Assembly (NCBI RefSeq): GCF_050920415.1
Contig: NZ_CP169309.1
DNA length: 64,000 bases
Strand: one strand, 5' to 3'
DNA from: Escherichia coli
Lineage (GTDB): Bacteria > Pseudomonadota > Gammaproteobacteria > Enterobacterales > Enterobacteriaceae
This document shows positions 32,617 through 49,123 of this stretch, piece by piece (the stretch's first letter is position 1; the number at the start of each line of letters is the position of its first letter). The position numbers were made by a program, and so were the translations under genes. The notes below the pieces were generated by a model. That model saw only the letters and a list, made by a program, of their open reading frames with translations, was not told the origin of the DNA and ran no database searches.

Positions 32617-32860
32617 AGAAAAAAGGCGACAGATTACTCTGTCGCCTTTTTTCCTGACTCATAACCCTTAACGGGTCTTACAATCCTTGCAGGCCGCCAA
32701 CACACCCTGTTTTTCCATTAGCCGGAACAATCCGTGTTGATTCCATTTCCGTTTAATTACGTCTCCGGACGTTTGTCTTCCTGACAATCCTCTGTCTTCG
32801 CCTCCTGGCGCTCCTGACCCTCATCCTGAGTCATTGTTCCTGTTAGCGTCCTCGCTCTAT
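32617..32860 (-). ncRNA. csrC: CsrC small RNA (CsrA-sequestering)
   Basis: About 244 nt with many GGA motifs on the minus strand; 5' end ATAGAGCGAGGACGCTAACAGG and terminal hairpin GGCGACAGAGTAATCTGTCGCC + U-run match recalled CsrC; location in the engB-yihI intergenic region. Confidence 0.85.
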
Positions 32861-33130
32861 GGGTGCTACTTTACGCCTTTGCTTTAAACAAACAATCAAC
32901 CGCCATCAGTATTTGCACATTTTCAGAGTTTTATATAAAAGCAATTAACTGATTTATATAGTTTATTTGACATGCATCGCAGAATTTTCTCTGCTATTTC
33001 GCATAAAGACTATCGGCAATGTCTCACAAAGCGTATGGCTTTTACTTACAACGCTCACGCCGAAAAATCCGCCTTTTATTATGGTTCAGGTATAATCGCC
33101 GCAAAGCTTTGACTGACGGAGACGACCGCT

Positions 33131-33763
33131 TTGACTAATTTGAATTATCAACAGACGCATTTTGTGATGAGTGCGCCTGATATTCGCCACCTACCTTCCG
33201 ATACCGGAATTGAAGTGGCTTTTGCAGGCCGTTCCAACGCAGGTAAATCCAGCGCGCTGAACACGCTGACTAACCAGAAAAGCCTGGCGCGGACCTCAAA
33301 AACCCCAGGGCGCACCCAGCTTATCAACCTGTTTGAAGTGGCTGACGGCAAGCGTCTGGTTGACCTGCCCGGCTATGGCTACGCGGAAGTCCCGGAAGAG
33401 ATGAAGCGCAAATGGCAACGCGCGCTCGGCGAATACCTCGAAAAACGTCAGAGCCTGCAAGGCCTGGTGGTACTCATGGATATTCGCCATCCGTTGAAAG
33501 ACCTCGATCAGCAGATGATTGAGTGGGCGGTAGACAGTAATATCGCCGTACTGGTGCTGCTGACCAAAGCGGACAAACTGGCAAGCGGCGCACGTAAAGC
33601 ACAATTGAATATGGTGCGTGAAGCAGTGCTGGCGTTTAACGGTGATGTGCAGGTTGAAACGTTCTCTTCGCTGAAGAAGCAAGGCGTGGACAAGCTGCGG
33701 CAGAAACTGGATACCTGGTTTAGCGAGATGCAGCCTGTCGAAGAAACGCAGGACGGCGAATAA
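33131..33763 (+). CDS. engB: Ribosome biogenesis GTPase EngB (YihA)
   Basis: 210 aa; G1 motif GRSNAGKSS. Confidence 0.93.
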
Positions 33764-33784
33764 TTTTCTTGCCTTAATGCTTGT

Positions 33785-33864
33785 GCCGGATGTGGCGTAT
33801 CCGGCCGGTAAATTCAATAGATTACAATTCTACCGTTGGCCTGATAAACATGGCGCATCAGGCA
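33785..33864. repeat. REP-like palindromes downstream of engB
   Basis: gccggatgtggcgtatccggc and gcctgataaacatggcgcatcaggc palindromes. Confidence 0.6.
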
Positions 33865-33886
33865 TTACAGATCTTTTCTTTCGCCC

Positions 33887-33997
33887 AATAAAAAACGCCC
33901 CAGTCATTACTGACTGGGGCGGCTAAAATATTCAGCCAAATCCGATTACGTGAAGTAAAAGGTCTGAAAGATAGAACATCTTACCTCTGTACCCTAC
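33887..33997 (-). ncRNA. spf: Spot 42 small RNA
   Basis: Minus-strand sequence GTAGGGTACAGAGGTAAGATGTTCTATCTTTCAGACC...GACTGGGGCGTTTTTTATT matches recalled Spot 42 including terminator; located downstream of polA. Confidence 0.93.
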
Positions 33998-34144
33998 GCG
34001 ACTAACTTTACTCTTTTTTGTTCAGTTCAGAAAGCATTTTTTGTAATTTTTTTTCAGTTGTTGCATAGGAATTTCTAATAGCCATCACAAAACGTGACAG
34101 CTTATGTTGCTTACTTACGAAAAAAGGGCATGTTCAGGCGAATC

Positions 34145-36931
34145 TTAGTGCGCCTGATCCCAGTTTTCGCCACTCCCCACTTCCACCAGCAACGGCACAT
34201 CCAGACGAGTACAATTCTCCATCAGTTGATGGATTTTCTTCGCTACCGCCTCAAGATCATCTTTATGAACTTCAAATACCAGTTCATCGTGTACCTGCAT
34301 AATCATACGCACACGCGGTTGCTCAGCTTGTAACCACGCATCAACGGCAATCATCGCTCGTTTGATAATGTCGGCGGCGGTTCCCTGCATTGGCGCGTTA
34401 ATGGCTGCACGTTCAGCCGCTGCACGACGAGCACCATTGCTGGATTTGATATCCGGCAGATACAGACGGCGTCCGTCCAGCGTTTCAACGTAGCCCTGCT
34501 CTTTCGCCTGAGCACGGGTGCGTTCCATATACTCCAGCACGCCAGGGTAGCGTTCGAAGTAAAGGTCCATGTACTTCTGCGCTTCTTTACGCGGAATGTT
34601 CAATTGTCGCGCCAGACCGAAAGCACTCATGCCATAAATCAGACCAAAGTTGATCGCTTTCGCGCTACGGCGTTGCTCGCTGGTGACGGTTTCCAGTGGC
34701 AAACCAAACACTTCTGCCGCCGTAGCCCGGTGGATATCTTTTCCTTCCGCGAATGCGGTCAGCAAGCCTTTGTCACGCGAGAGATGCGCCATAATGCGCA
34801 GTTCAATCTGCGAGTAGTCCGCCGAGACAATCACATAATCCTCTGGCGCAATAAACGCCTGGCGGATACGACGACCTTCTTCGTTACGCACCGGAATGTT
34901 TTGCAGGTTAGGATCGGTTGACGATAAACGTCCCGTTGCGGTTACTGCCTGGTGATAAGAGGTATGTACACGCCCGGTTTTCGGGTTGATCATCAGCGGC
35001 AGCTTGTCGGTGTAGGTCGATTTCAGCTTCGCCAGACCACGATACTCCAGAATCACTTTTGGCAACGGATAGTCCAGCGCCAGTTCTTCCAGTACCTCTT
35101 CCGACGTTGACGGCGCACCACCCGGCGTTTTCTTCAGCGGTTTAATGCCCTGTTTTTCAAACAGAATGGTTTGTAACTGCTTGGTGGAAGAAAGGTTAAA
35201 TTCTTCACCTGCAATTTCATGCGCTTTCTTTTCCAGCTCAGCCAGACGTAGAGTGAGCTCTTCAGAATGATTATGAAGCACTTTCGGATCGATCTTCACA
35301 CCGTTACGTTCAATGCGTGAAAGCACCGGCACCAAAGGCATTTCGATATTCTCGAAGACGTTCAACGGCCCTTTGTGTTTTTGCAGATCCGGCCACATTT
35401 TCAGATGCAACTGCAAGGTGACATCTGCATCTTCGGCGGCGTAACGTCCGGCCTCTTCGAGGGCAATCTGGTTAAAGGTCAGTTGATTTTTGCCTTTACC
35501 AGCAATCTCTTCAAAAGTGATGGTTTTGTGCTTCAACCAACGTTCCGCGAGGCTGTCCATATCGTGACGTCCGGCAACGCTATTGAGAATGTAGGACTCC
35601 AGCATGGTATCAAACGCAATCCCACGTAGTTCAATGCCGTAGTTCGCCAGAATACCGCGATCGTATTTCAGGTTTTGCCCGACCTTCAGCGCCTTTTCAT
35701 CTTCCAGCAGCGGTTTTAGCAACTCGAGTGCACGCTCGCGAGAGATTTGATCGGGCGCATCAAGATAATCATGAGCAACCGGAATATATGCCGCTACGCC
35801 TGGCTCGATAGCAAAAGAAAGCCCGACCAGGTTAGCAGAGATGTTATCAAGGCTGTCGGTTTCGGTATCAAATGCAAATACCGGCGCTTTTTCCAGCTTC
35901 GCAATCCACTCTTTCAGTGTTTCTTCATCAAGGATGGTGACGTAGTTGTCATAAGAAATCACCGTTGCCGTCACTTCTGGCGCTTCGTCTACAACACTGG
36001 TTTGCTGCGGCTTCGCGGCTGGTTTTTCCCCTTTGGCCTGTAGCCATTTTCCCGCTTCGACATCAGCAGTCCAGCGTTTGAACTCATACTTTTTGAACAG
36101 CCCTAACAACTCTTCTGCCGCCGGTTGCTGCACTTCCAGTTGTTCACAGGTCAGCTCCAGTTCAACGTCGGTTTTAATCGTCGCCAGCTGGTATGAGAGA
36201 TAAGCCACTTCTTTGTTTTGCTCGAGCTTCGCCGCCATTGTTTTCGCGCCACGGAAGCTTAGGCCAGCAATTTTTTCCGGCTCGGCATACAGCGTATCCA
36301 GCCCGCCAAGACCCTGCAGCAGTGCCTGCGCGGTTTTTTCACCAACGCCCGGTACGCCAGGAATGTTATCAGAGGAGTCCCCCATCAGCGCCAGGAAGTC
36401 GATGATCAGTTCTGGCGGTACGCCGTACTTATTCACCACCTCTTCCGGGCCGAGGATGGTATTCGTCATGGTATTGATAAGCGTAATATTTGGCGTCACC
36501 AGCTGCGCCATATCTTTATCGCCTGTGCTTATCAGCACCGGACGTCCGGCTTTTTCGGCTTCCCGCGCCAGAGTACCGATAACGTCGTCCGCTTCTACGC
36601 CAGAAACCGCCAGCAGCGGCAGTCCCATCGCTTTAACCATCGCGTGCAGGGGTTCGATTTGTGCTCGCAGATCGTCCGGCATTGGCGGGCGATGTGATTT
36701 GTAATGTTCAAACAGTTCATCACGAAAGGTTTTTCCCTTGGCGTCAAAGACCACCGCTGCATGCGTCGGTTTATATTGCATGATCAGACTGCGCAGCATG
36801 TTGAGGACACCATACATCGCACCGGTCGGCTCGCCTGCGCTGTTAGTCAGCGGGGGAAACGCGTGATATGCGCGATAAAGATAAGATGAACCATCTACAA
36901 GGATAAGTGGATTTTGGGGGATCTGAACCAT
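34145..36931 (-). CDS. polA: DNA polymerase I
   Basis: 928 aa; [25 protein letters not shown]. Confidence 0.97.
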   Translation of the reverse strand: MVQIPQNPLILVDGSSYLYRAYHAFPPLTNSAGEPTGAMYGVLNMLRSLIMQYKPTHAAVVFDAKGKTFRDELFEHYKSHRPPMPDDLRAQIEPLHAMVKAMGLPLLAVSGVEADDVIGTLAREAEKAGRPVLISTGDKDMAQLVTPNITLINTMTNTILGPEEVVNKYGVPPELIIDFLALMGDSSDNIPGVPGVGEKTAQALLQGLGGLDTLYAEPEKIAGLSFRGAKTMAAKLEQNKEVAYLSYQLATIKTDVELELTCEQLEVQQPAAEELLGLFKKYEFKRWTADVEAGKWLQAKGEKPAAKPQQTSVVDEAPEVTATVISYDNYVTILDEETLKEWIAKLEKAPVFAFDTETDSLDNISANLVGLSFAIEPGVAAYIPVAHDYLDAPDQISRERALELLKPLLEDEKALKVGQNLKYDRGILANYGIELRGIAFDTMLESYILNSVAGRHDMDSLAERWLKHKTITFEEIAGKGKNQLTFNQIALEEAGRYAAEDADVTLQLHLKMWPDLQKHKGPLNVFENIEMPLVPVLSRIERNGVKIDPKVLHNHSEELTLRLAELEKKAHEIAGEEFNLSSTKQLQTILFEKQGIKPLKKTPGGAPSTSEEVLEELALDYPLPKVILEYRGLAKLKSTYTDKLPLMINPKTGRVHTSYHQAVTATGRLSSTDPNLQNIPVRNEEGRRIRQAFIAPEDYVIVSADYSQIELRIMAHLSRDKGLLTAFAEGKDIHRATAAEVFGLPLETVTSEQRRSAKAINFGLIYGMSAFGLARQLNIPRKEAQKYMDLYFERYPGVLEYMERTRAQAKEQGYVETLDGRRLYLPDIKSSNGARRAAAERAAINAPMQGTAADIIKRAMIAVDAWLQAEQPRVRMIMQVHDELVFEVHKDDLEAVAKKIHQLMENCTRLDVPLLVEVGSGENWDQAH

Positions 36932-37294
36932 AATGTCCGTGCCTGTTTATCAGATTATGGGTAAAGGATGCCACAGACAGGATGAAAACATGAGTTTTTC
37001 ACCGCTTTTCGTGAAAATCTTTTGTAGATCTTCTGGATCGCTCGCAAATCGTCATGTGGATAACTTTGTGCATAAATTATTTACATCGCTTTTAATTTAT
37101 TATCATGCTTTTTACAGCATGATGTTTGTCTTTGCTTTTCATACAGTTAAATATAAAGCCATCCCTAATAATTGTGATAATGGGATTTTTTCTAATGTGG
37201 ATAGATATGAATTATTTTTCTCCTTAAGGATCATCCGTTATTTGGGGCGTTTTCTGCTAAAATCGGCGCCTTGCGCTTCTTTAGCGCACTGTCT

Positions 37295-38227
37295 ATGGCT
37301 AACCTTTTGAATAAATTCATTATGACGAGAATACTCGCTGCGATAACCCTTTTGCTGAGTATCGTATTGACCATTTTGGTCACTATTTTTTGCTCCGTCC
37401 CGATCATCATTGCCGGGATTGTAAAACTATTGCTACCTGTGCCAGTCATTTGGCGAAAGGTTTCGCGTTTTTGTGATTTTATGATGTATTGCTGGTGTGA
37501 AAGTCTGGCGGTATTACTGCATCTGAACCCACACCTGCAATGGGAAGTTCACGGGCTGGAAGGGTTAAGTAAGAAGAACTGGTATCTGCTTATTTGTAAC
37601 CACCGTAGTTGGGCAGATATTGTCGTACTGTGCGTGCTGTTTCGTAAGCACATTCCGATGAATAAATATTTCCTCAAGCAGCAGCTTGCCTGGGTACCAT
37701 TTCTTGGCCTGGCATGCTGGGCGCTGGATATGCCGTTTATGAAGCGTTATTCCCGCGCTTATTTATTACGTCATCCGGAACGACGTGGTAAAGATGTTGA
37801 AACCACCCGGCGTTCTTGTGAAAAGTTTCGCCTGCACCCCACCACCATTGTCAATTTCGTTGAAGGCTCCCGTTTCACGCAAGAAAAACATCAGCAAACC
37901 CACTCCACTTTTCAAAACTTGTTGCCACCAAAGGCAGCAGGCATTGCGATGGCGCTAAATGTACTGGGTAAACAATTCGATAAACTGCTTAATGTTACGC
38001 TGTGTTATCCGGACAATAACCGTCAGCCGTTCTTCGATATGTTAAGCGGTAAACTGACGCGAATTGTCGTACATGTGGATTTACAGCCTATTGCCGATGA
38101 TTTACATGGCGACTACATCAATGACAAAAGCTTTAAGCGCCATTTTCAGCAATGGCTGAACTCACTGTGGCAGGAAAAAGACCGACTTCTGACGTCGTTG
38201 ATGTCATCACAGCGTCAGAATAAGTAA
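37295..38227 (+). CDS. yihG: Putative lysophospholipid acyltransferase (PlsC family)
   Basis: 310 aa from MANLLNKF; acyltransferase HX4D-like motif NHRSWAD. Confidence 0.88.
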   Translation: MANLLNKFIMTRILAAITLLLSIVLTILVTIFCSVPIIIAGIVKLLLPVPVIWRKVSRFCDFMMYCWCESLAVLLHLNPHLQWEVHGLEGLSKKNWYLLICNHRSWADIVVLCVLFRKHIPMNKYFLKQQLAWVPFLGLACWALDMPFMKRYSRAYLLRHPERRGKDVETTRRSCEKFRLHPTTIVNFVEGSRFTQEKHQQTHSTFQNLLPPKAAGIAMALNVLGKQFDKLLNVTLCYPDNNRQPFFDMLSGKLTRIVVHVDLQPIADDLHGDYINDKSFKRHFQQWLNSLWQEKDRLLTSLMSSQRQNK

Positions 38228-38267
38228 GTTTTACTCGCCTCTGAATGAGCAGAGGCGAGTGAGTATT

Positions 38268-39698
38268 TTAATGAACAAAACGTCCGGCACGAGACATAAA
38301 TTCTTCTTCGCTCATTTCCTGTCCGTTAAAAACAACTTTACCCGGTGTATAACGCAGTTGCAGCGAGGCGGTATTGTTGTCAATCGTGATTAACTGAAAC
38401 ATCTGACCTAATGTCATCATCCCGCTGATTTGTTTATCAGCCCGCTTTTGCGCTTTTTCAGCATCCATGCCTTCAGATAAATTAAGCTGTTTTGCGGTTT
38501 CTGTGACAACATTAAGCGGTAACTTCACGTCAAAATTGAGCGATTTAATATCTTTGTTTGTGGATGATGAAGATTTGGCTGGGTCGGCAATACTGATATC
38601 CAGATTGGCATTTAGTTCGCCGAGTGCGTTCTTCCATCTTACCGGTTGTTTAATGGTCGGCTCACTTTTTTGTAATAATGGTAAATACTCTTTGAACAAT
38701 GCAGCATTCACTTCTTGCAGAGCAACTTCATCGTTTGCTAACTCAGGGTGTGCAGCAAGCTGCTTCTGCATCGCAATGTTATACTGAATGATAAATTGGC
38801 GCACCGCTGAGGGATCAATAGATTCCGCAATCAAGGACCACTCACCACTACCGAGTTGCTGATTTCCTTTTGTTAACTTATCAAGTTCGTAGGTCAGATT
38901 GACATTGATATAATCTTTGTCTTTAACGCGATCCAGCCTGGTTTTTGCAACGAAAGCATCGATTTGGGCAACGTCTTCTCCCTGATTGATAATGTTAATC
39001 TGATTGAATTTCGACTCGCTTTCGCCAACCGGAAATTTCTTTTCTTCTAATCGCGTCAGAGAATCAATGGTAAAACTTTTCGCCGTTACTTTGTTCAATG
39101 GCGATAATTCCAGAACAATATCTTCGACTTTGCCTTCAATATCCAGGTTAGACAATGAGCTACCATCACCATTAAAAGTAAACTGGCCTTCACCAAAAGA
39201 AAACTTTCCATATTTTGCAGGGGCAACATCTAATGTCGTGGAGAATGAGCCACCAAACGCGAATCGCAATGTCGCTTCCACGGGCGATTTATTTTTTGCG
39301 GCGATAAATAGCGGTTGTGTCAGTTCATTATTCACTAAGTTCACTTTTGCCGCTGCCAGTGCGGGGATGACATTACCACGCATTAACATTGTGATGGGCA
39401 ACGGACCGTGCTCAACATCCACATCAAATGCAACTTTCTGGCCTGGCTTGATATTGAGATCGGGTGCACCGTTATCAAATGTCATTTGCATTTGAAAATG
39501 AGAATTAAAAAAGCCTTTGTCAAAGTTTTTATAACTTAACGTCATATCGTAGGCATGTTCACCTTTCTTTTTAGCATCGTTAAAATCTTTAATGAACTTT
39601 TCGACACCAGGCTGAATTTGCGTACCTGTGTACCATGTGCCACCACCCCAGATTACGGCTAACGCAACAATAACACCTGTAGCTGACTTACGTATCAT
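38268..39698 (-). CDS. yihF: DUF945 family protein
   Basis: 476 aa from MIRKSATGV with N-terminal membrane anchor/signal-like segment. Confidence 0.85.
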   Translation of the reverse strand: MIRKSATGVIVALAVIWGGGTWYTGTQIQPGVEKFIKDFNDAKKKGEHAYDMTLSYKNFDKGFFNSHFQMQMTFDNGAPDLNIKPGQKVAFDVDVEHGPLPITMLMRGNVIPALAAAKVNLVNNELTQPLFIAAKNKSPVEATLRFAFGGSFSTTLDVAPAKYGKFSFGEGQFTFNGDGSSLSNLDIEGKVEDIVLELSPLNKVTAKSFTIDSLTRLEEKKFPVGESESKFNQINIINQGEDVAQIDAFVAKTRLDRVKDKDYINVNLTYELDKLTKGNQQLGSGEWSLIAESIDPSAVRQFIIQYNIAMQKQLAAHPELANDEVALQEVNAALFKEYLPLLQKSEPTIKQPVRWKNALGELNANLDISIADPAKSSSSTNKDIKSLNFDVKLPLNVVTETAKQLNLSEGMDAEKAQKRADKQISGMMTLGQMFQLITIDNNTASLQLRYTPGKVVFNGQEMSEEEFMSRAGRFVH

Positions 39699-39804
39699 AT
39701 AAATATTCCCTGATAAAACAGCAAAACTTTGAATATCCACTTATGCTGAAATAATGTCCAGCGGCAGGACGCATTATCAGAATGTATTTATATTTATTAA
39801 ATAA

Positions 39805-39832
39805 TAAAAAAAGCCCGTGAATATTCACGGGC
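39805..39832 (-). terminator. Rho-independent terminator downstream of dsbA
   Basis: Hairpin gcccgtgaatattcacgggc followed by T-run on the minus strand. Confidence 0.8.
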
Positions 39833-39852
39833 TTTATGTAATTTACATTGAA

Positions 39853-40479
39853 TTATTTTTTCTCGGACAGATATTTCACAGTATCAGCATACTGCTGAAC
39901 AAAAACATCCATATTGCTGGTATCCATACCCTGCGGATTCAGCTGATATTTACCATTAACAAACATCGCCGGAACGCCACGCAATTGCACGTCAGCTGCA
40001 GCTTTTTCCTGCTGAGCGACCAGGGATTTCACCACGAAGCTGTTCCACGCCGCGTCGTACTCTTCACCTTTAATACCTGCGTTGATAAATACATCGCGGA
40101 TATCAGATGCTGAACGAATGGTCTGGGTTTTCTGTACGCCTTCAAACAGCGGAACAGTGACTTTGTCTTCCACGCCCAGTGCCATCGCCACTGCCCATGC
40201 CTGAGTCAGATCTTTGCCCAGGTCACCCCCCATGAAGTTGACGTGGTATTTAGTCATCTTCACGCCTTCCGGCAGTTTTTTCTTCACGTTATCAGAAATA
40301 TGCAGAACTTCTTCAAACTGATAGCAGTGCGGGCAGAAGAAAGAGAAAAACTCCAGCACTTGCGGCGCGCCAGCTACCGGTTTTTCCAGGGTAGTGTACT
40401 GTTTACCATCTTCATACTGCGCCGCCGATGCGCTAAACGCTAAAACTAAACCAGCCAGCGCCAGCCAAATCTTTTTCAT
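39853..40479 (-). CDS. dsbA: Periplasmic thiol:disulfide oxidoreductase DsbA
   Basis: 208 aa; signal peptide and CPHC active site ([12 protein letters not shown]). Confidence 0.97.
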
Positions 40480-40495
40480 GATCTACTCTCTCCGA

Positions 40496-41482
40496 TTAAT
40501 ACATAGGTGTTAATTGCAAAGGGGGTTCTTGTAGAACTTTTGCCTGTTCTATAAAAGTCGCCGTCTGTCGCAGCCAGTAATCTTCCCCGGTTAACCACGG
40601 GAAATTTTTCGGGAACGCGGGATCAGCCCAACGCCGCATTAGCCAGGCAAGATAATAAACCAAACGCATGGCGCGTAAAGGTTCAATCAGTCCGATTTCA
40701 GCGGTGTCGAACTCGCTAAATTCTTCATAAGCTTCAATAATAGTTTCCAGTTGCATCCGCTGCTCGGCTTTATCGCCATTGAGCAACATCCACAAATCCT
40801 GAATAGCCGGACCATTACGTGCATCATCCAGATCAACAAACATTGGACCATCGCGCCAGAGGATATTCCCGGCGTGGCAGTCTCCATGTAGCCGCAGAAC
40901 GGTGAAATCTTCCCGCCAGTGTGCTGTAACGGCGGCGATCAGCTCATCTGTCGCTTTCAGGAATGCCGCTTTCAACCCGGAAGGTATCAGTGTAGCGTCC
41001 TCAAACAGCTTGCGTGGCTCAATGAGATATTCATTCAGACCGATGGTCGGGCGATGGATAAAAAGCTGTTTGCGCCCCGTCTGGTGCATACACCCTAAAT
41101 AACGCCCAACAGCTTCCATCTGATCGATATTATCAGCTTCGAACTGGCGACCACCGACGCTTGGAAAAACAGCGAAATAAAATCCCTGATGATTCAATAA
41201 AGTCTGACCGTTAAAGGCCACAGGCGCTGCGACCGGAACTTCATCGTTAACCAGCTGCAACGCAAATTGATGTTCTTCGAGGATTTGATCGGCTGTCCAA
41301 CGTTCAGGGCGATAAAATTTGACGACAAAACGTCGACGATCTTCGTCCTGAAATTGATAGACACGGTTTTCATAGCTGTTAAGCGGGGTAAGACCGGAAT
41401 CCACCCGGATCCCATGCTCAAACAGAGCGTCCATGATGGTATCCGGGTGTAGTGTCTGGAAAGTAAAAGCGCTGTTGTTCAT
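40496..41482 (-). CDS. srkA: Stress response Ser/Thr kinase SrkA (YihE)
   Basis: 328 aa; kinase-like motifs (HGDCHAGNILW, FVDLDD). Confidence 0.92.
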   Translation of the reverse strand: MNNSAFTFQTLHPDTIMDALFEHGIRVDSGLTPLNSYENRVYQFQDEDRRRFVVKFYRPERWTADQILEEHQFALQLVNDEVPVAAPVAFNGQTLLNHQGFYFAVFPSVGGRQFEADNIDQMEAVGRYLGCMHQTGRKQLFIHRPTIGLNEYLIEPRKLFEDATLIPSGLKAAFLKATDELIAAVTAHWREDFTVLRLHGDCHAGNILWRDGPMFVDLDDARNGPAIQDLWMLLNGDKAEQRMQLETIIEAYEEFSEFDTAEIGLIEPLRAMRLVYYLAWLMRRWADPAFPKNFPWLTGEDYWLRQTATFIEQAKVLQEPPLQLTPMY

Positions 41483-41558
41483 CCCATCATCCGGAAAACA
41501 TTACGAATGATGAAGGATATCATTTCACGATGATTTTGGTGGCACCGCTTACAAGCTT

Positions 41559-41828
41559 TTACTCTTTAATTACGCCGCGAGCGCGTAACAGCGCCGTTTT
41601 GAAATCTTCTTCATAATCTTTCTGCAAACCCGGGATCACCGCACCTTTCGCAGAATCACGCATTTTCAGGTGATAGATCAGAATGTCATCCGTCAAATCC
41701 GCCAGTTCGCCGTCAAAACCTGACTCTTTCGCCAGTTTCTGCAAAAATTGCAGCAGGTTAAGGTCTGGCTCTTTTTGCCAGGCTGGCTGGAGGAGTTCAA
41801 TAACTTCATTCAGACGTTTACATTTCAT
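41559..41828 (-). CDS. yihD: DUF1040 family protein YihD
   Basis: 89 aa from MKCKRLNEV. Confidence 0.85.
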   Translation of the reverse strand: MKCKRLNEVIELLQPAWQKEPDLNLLQFLQKLAKESGFDGELADLTDDILIYHLKMRDSAKGAVIPGLQKDYEEDFKTALLRARGVIKE

Positions 41829-41897
41829 AGTAATGCTCCTTACTCTTGAGACAGACACGTTAGCAGGGTCAATCCCACAATAAAAGAGGCGATATCG

Positions 41898-42482
41898 GTG
41901 AATCTGATGACGACGATAACAGGCGTTGTGCTGGCGGGCGGTAAAGCCAGACGAATGGGCGGCGTAGATAAAGGATTGCTTGAATTAAACGGCAAACCAT
42001 TATGGCAACATGTCGCTGACGCGCTTATGACGCAGCACTCTCACGTCGTGGTTAATGCTAATCGTCATCAGGAAATCTATCAGGCAAGCGGTCTGAAAGT
42101 GATTGAAGATACACTGGCGGATTACCCAGGCCCTCTGGCAGGAATGCTTTCAGTAATGCAGCAGGAAGCGGGGGAGTGGTTTTTGTTTTGCCCATGCGAT
42201 ACGCCTTACATTCCCCCTGATTTAGCTGCCCGGCTTAATCATCAGCGCAAAGATGCGCCTGTCGTGTGGGTCCACGACGGTGAACGCGATCACCCGACTA
42301 TTGCTCTGGTAAACCGCGCAATTGAGCCTTTATTACTGGAATATCTGCAAGCAGGAGAACGCCGGGTAATGGCATTTATGCGTCTGGCTGGCGGTCACGC
42401 GGTCGATTTCAGCGATCATAAAGATGCATTTGTAAACGTGAATACGCCAGAGGAGCTTGCCCGATGGCAGGAAAAACGATGA
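41898..42482 (+). CDS. mobA: Molybdenum cofactor guanylyltransferase
   Basis: 194 aa; [20 protein letters not shown]. Confidence 0.93.
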   Translation: MNLMTTITGVVLAGGKARRMGGVDKGLLELNGKPLWQHVADALMTQHSHVVVNANRHQEIYQASGLKVIEDTLADYPGPLAGMLSVMQQEAGEWFLFCPCDTPYIPPDLAARLNHQRKDAPVVWVHDGERDHPTIALVNRAIEPLLLEYLQAGERRVMAFMRLAGGHAVDFSDHKDAFVNVNTPEELARWQEKR

Positions 42483-42991
42483 TACCGTTACTCGCCTTTG
42501 CCGCGTGGAGCGGCACTGGAAAAACTACGCTGCTGAAAAAACTGATCCCGGCATTATGCGCCAGAGGGATCCGTCCAGGGCTGATTAAGCATACGCACCA
42601 TGATATGGATGTTGATAAACCGGGCAAAGATAGCTATGAGCTGCGCAAGGCTGGCGCGGCACAAACCATCGTTGCCAGCCAGCAGCGATGGGCCTTGATG
42701 ACGGAAACACCAGACGAAGAAGAGCTGGATCTACATTTTCTCGCAAGTCGAATGGATACCTCAAAGCTGGATTTGATTCTGGTCGAAGGGTTTAAGCATG
42801 AAGAGATCGCAAAGATTGTGCTGTTTCGCGATGGAGCCGGACATCGACCGGAAGAATTAGTGATAGACAGACATGTTATTGCTGTAGCCAGTGATGTGCC
42901 GCTTAATCTTGATGTCGCGTTACTGGATATTAATGATGTTGAGGGGCTGGCTGATTTTGTGGTGGAGTGGATGCAAAATCAGGACGGATAA
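42479..42991 (+). CDS. mobB: Molybdopterin-guanine dinucleotide biosynthesis adapter protein
   Basis: 170 aa from MIPLLAF; P-loop [13 protein letters not shown] overlap with mobA. Confidence 0.92.
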   Translation: MIPLLAFAAWSGTGKTTLLKKLIPALCARGIRPGLIKHTHHDMDVDKPGKDSYELRKAGAAQTIVASQQRWALMTETPDEEELDLHFLASRMDTSKLDLILVEGFKHEEIAKIVLFRDGAGHRPEELVIDRHVIAVASDVPLNLDVALLDINDVEGLADFVVEWMQNQDG

Positions 42992-43051
42992 GCAAGAGTA
43001 GTCTGGATCAGACGCGCCAGCGTCGTATCCGACCTTTTTCTGCACCAGCGC

Positions 43052-43078
43052 AAAAAGGCCCAGTCTTCCGACCGGGCC
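43052..43078 (-). terminator. rrn operon terminator
   Basis: Minus-strand hairpin GGCCCGGTCGGAAGACTGGGCC followed by TTTTT, directly downstream of 5S rRNA. Confidence 0.8.
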
Positions 43079-43092
43079 TTCTGCTTAATTTG

Positions 43093-43212
43093 ATGCCTGG
43101 CAGTTCCCTACTCTCGCATGGGGAGACCCCACACTACCATCGGCGCTACGGCGTTTCACTTCTGAGTTCGGCATGGGGTCAGGTGGGACCACCGCGCTAA
43201 GGCCGCCAGGCA
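43093..43212 (-). rRNA. rrfA: 5S ribosomal RNA
   Basis: Reverse complement TGCCTGGCGGCC...GGGAACTGCCAGGCAT, 120 nt. Confidence 0.97.
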
Positions 43213-43315
43213 AATTCTGTTTCATCAGACCGCTTCTGCGTTCTGATTTAATCTGTATCAGGCTGAAAATCTTCTCTCAATCCGCCAAAACATCTTCGGC
43301 GTTGTAAGGTTAAGC

Positions 43316-46208
<2,893 letters not shown>

Positions 46209-46391
46209 TCACAACCCGAAGATGTTTCTTTCGATTCATCATCGTGTTGCGAAAATTTGAGAGACTCACGAACAACTTTCGTTGTTCAGTGTTTCAATTT
46301 TCAGCTTGATCCAGATTTTTAAAGAGCAAAACTTCGCAGTGAACCTTTGCAGGTACACTCTGAAGTATTTTTTATTTAATCACTACAGAGA

Positions 46392-46467
46392 TGGTGGAGC
46401 TATGCGGGATCGAACCGCAGACCTCCTGCGTGCAAAGCAGGCGCTCTCCCAGCTGAGCTATAGCCCC
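46392..46467 (-). tRNA. alaT: tRNA-Ala (UGC), rRNA spacer tRNA
   Basis: Reverse complement GGGGCTATAGCTCAGCTGGGAGAGCGCCTGCTTTGCACGCAGGAGGTCTGCGGTTCGATCCCGCATAGCTCCACCA. Confidence 0.97.
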
Positions 46468-46509
46468 ATAACATGTAGTTAAAACCTCTTCAAATTTGCG
46501 GTGCAAATT

Positions 46510-46585
46510 TGGTAGGCCTGAGTGGACTTGAACCACCGACCTCACCCTTATCAGGGGTGCGCTTAACCACCTGAGCTACAAGCCT
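46510..46585 (-). tRNA. ileT: tRNA-Ile (GAU), rRNA spacer tRNA
   Basis: Reverse complement AGGCTTGTAGCTCAGGTGGTTA...CCCTGATAAGGGTGAGGTCGGTGGTTCAAGTCCACTCAGGCCTACCA. Confidence 0.95.
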
Positions 46586-46653
46586 GTAGAGGTTTTACTG
46601 CTCATTTTCATCAGACAATCTGTGTGAGCACTGCAAAGCACAGTTCTTTAAGG

Positions 46654-48190
<1,537 letters not shown>

Positions 48191-48560
48191 AAAAGTTTGA
48201 TGCTCAAAGAATTAAACTTCGTAATGAATTACGTGTTCACTCTTGAGACTTGGTATTCATTTTTCGTCTTGCGACGTTAAGAATCCGTATCTTCGAGTGC
48301 CCACACAGATTGTCTGATAAATTGTTAAAGAGCAGTGCCGCTTCGCTTTTTCTCAGCGGCGCGGGGTGTGCATAATACGCTTTCCCGCTCCAGAGTCAAG
48401 CATTTTTTTGCTTTTCTCTGTCGAGATTCTCAGGAGAATCTCGCTGACCCGGCGGCGTGTTTGCCGTTGTTCCGTGTCAGTGGTGGCGCATTATAGGGAG
48501 TTATTCCGGCCTGACAAGAGGAAATTTAAAATAATTTTCCGACCGCGCATTTTTTACTCT
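48191..48560 (-). promoter_or_regulatory. rRNA operon tandem promoters P1/P2 with upstream region and leader
   Basis: Minus strand contains TTGTCAGGCCGGAATAACTCCCTATAATGCGCCACCACTGAC (P1) and TTGACTCTGGAGCGGGAAAGCGTATTATGCACACCCCGCGCC (P2), matching recalled rrn promoter architecture. Confidence 0.85.
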
Positions 48561-48566
48561 TTATGC

Positions 48567-49112
48567 TTATTTCAGCGTCGGTTTGTCGGTTAAATGGGCG
48601 ATTTCTCGGGCGAAATTCTCCACCTGCTGCCAATCGGTATAGACAACTTCTTTGCGCGTATCCGTTTCACCGCCTGACATCTTCATAATCAGCTTGATCA
48701 TAAAGCGGTCGTACCAGCGGTAACGTGGATAACGTAGCGCCCCGGCAATGACGGCACAGCGATCGGGACGCCATTGTGAACTCATCAGAAACTTCCGCGC
48801 GTAGCTGTTGGTCTGTGGAGTACGCTTCTCCGGTTTACGCGCCACCAGGTTTACGGAGTAAAAGGCGCTCGGCATCGAATTCAGCCGCGTCGCATGCTTT
48901 TTGACAAATTCCTGGAACGCAGAGTGGTAGTGACCATAGCGAATAGAAGCACCAATGACCACGCGATCGTAGTTTTCCCACTGGGGTTCTTCAATGCGAT
49001 GCACATTAGCGACATCTGCCTGGATCCCCAGTTCTTTCAGTTCCGAAGCCAGGTAGGCGGCAATCTCGCGCGTTTGTCCGTCCCTTGTTGAGAAAAGAAT
49101 TAATGTTTTCAC
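48567..49112 (-). CDS. hemG: Protoporphyrinogen IX dehydrogenase (menaquinone-dependent, flavodoxin-like)
   Basis: 181 aa; [18 protein letters not shown] flavodoxin motif. Confidence 0.95.
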   Translation of the reverse strand: MKTLILFSTRDGQTREIAAYLASELKELGIQADVANVHRIEEPQWENYDRVVIGASIRYGHYHSAFQEFVKKHATRLNSMPSAFYSVNLVARKPEKRTPQTNSYARKFLMSSQWRPDRCAVIAGALRYPRYRWYDRFMIKLIMKMSGGETDTRKEVVYTDWQQVENFAREIAHLTDKPTLK

Positions 49113-49123
49113 GTATTACTCCA

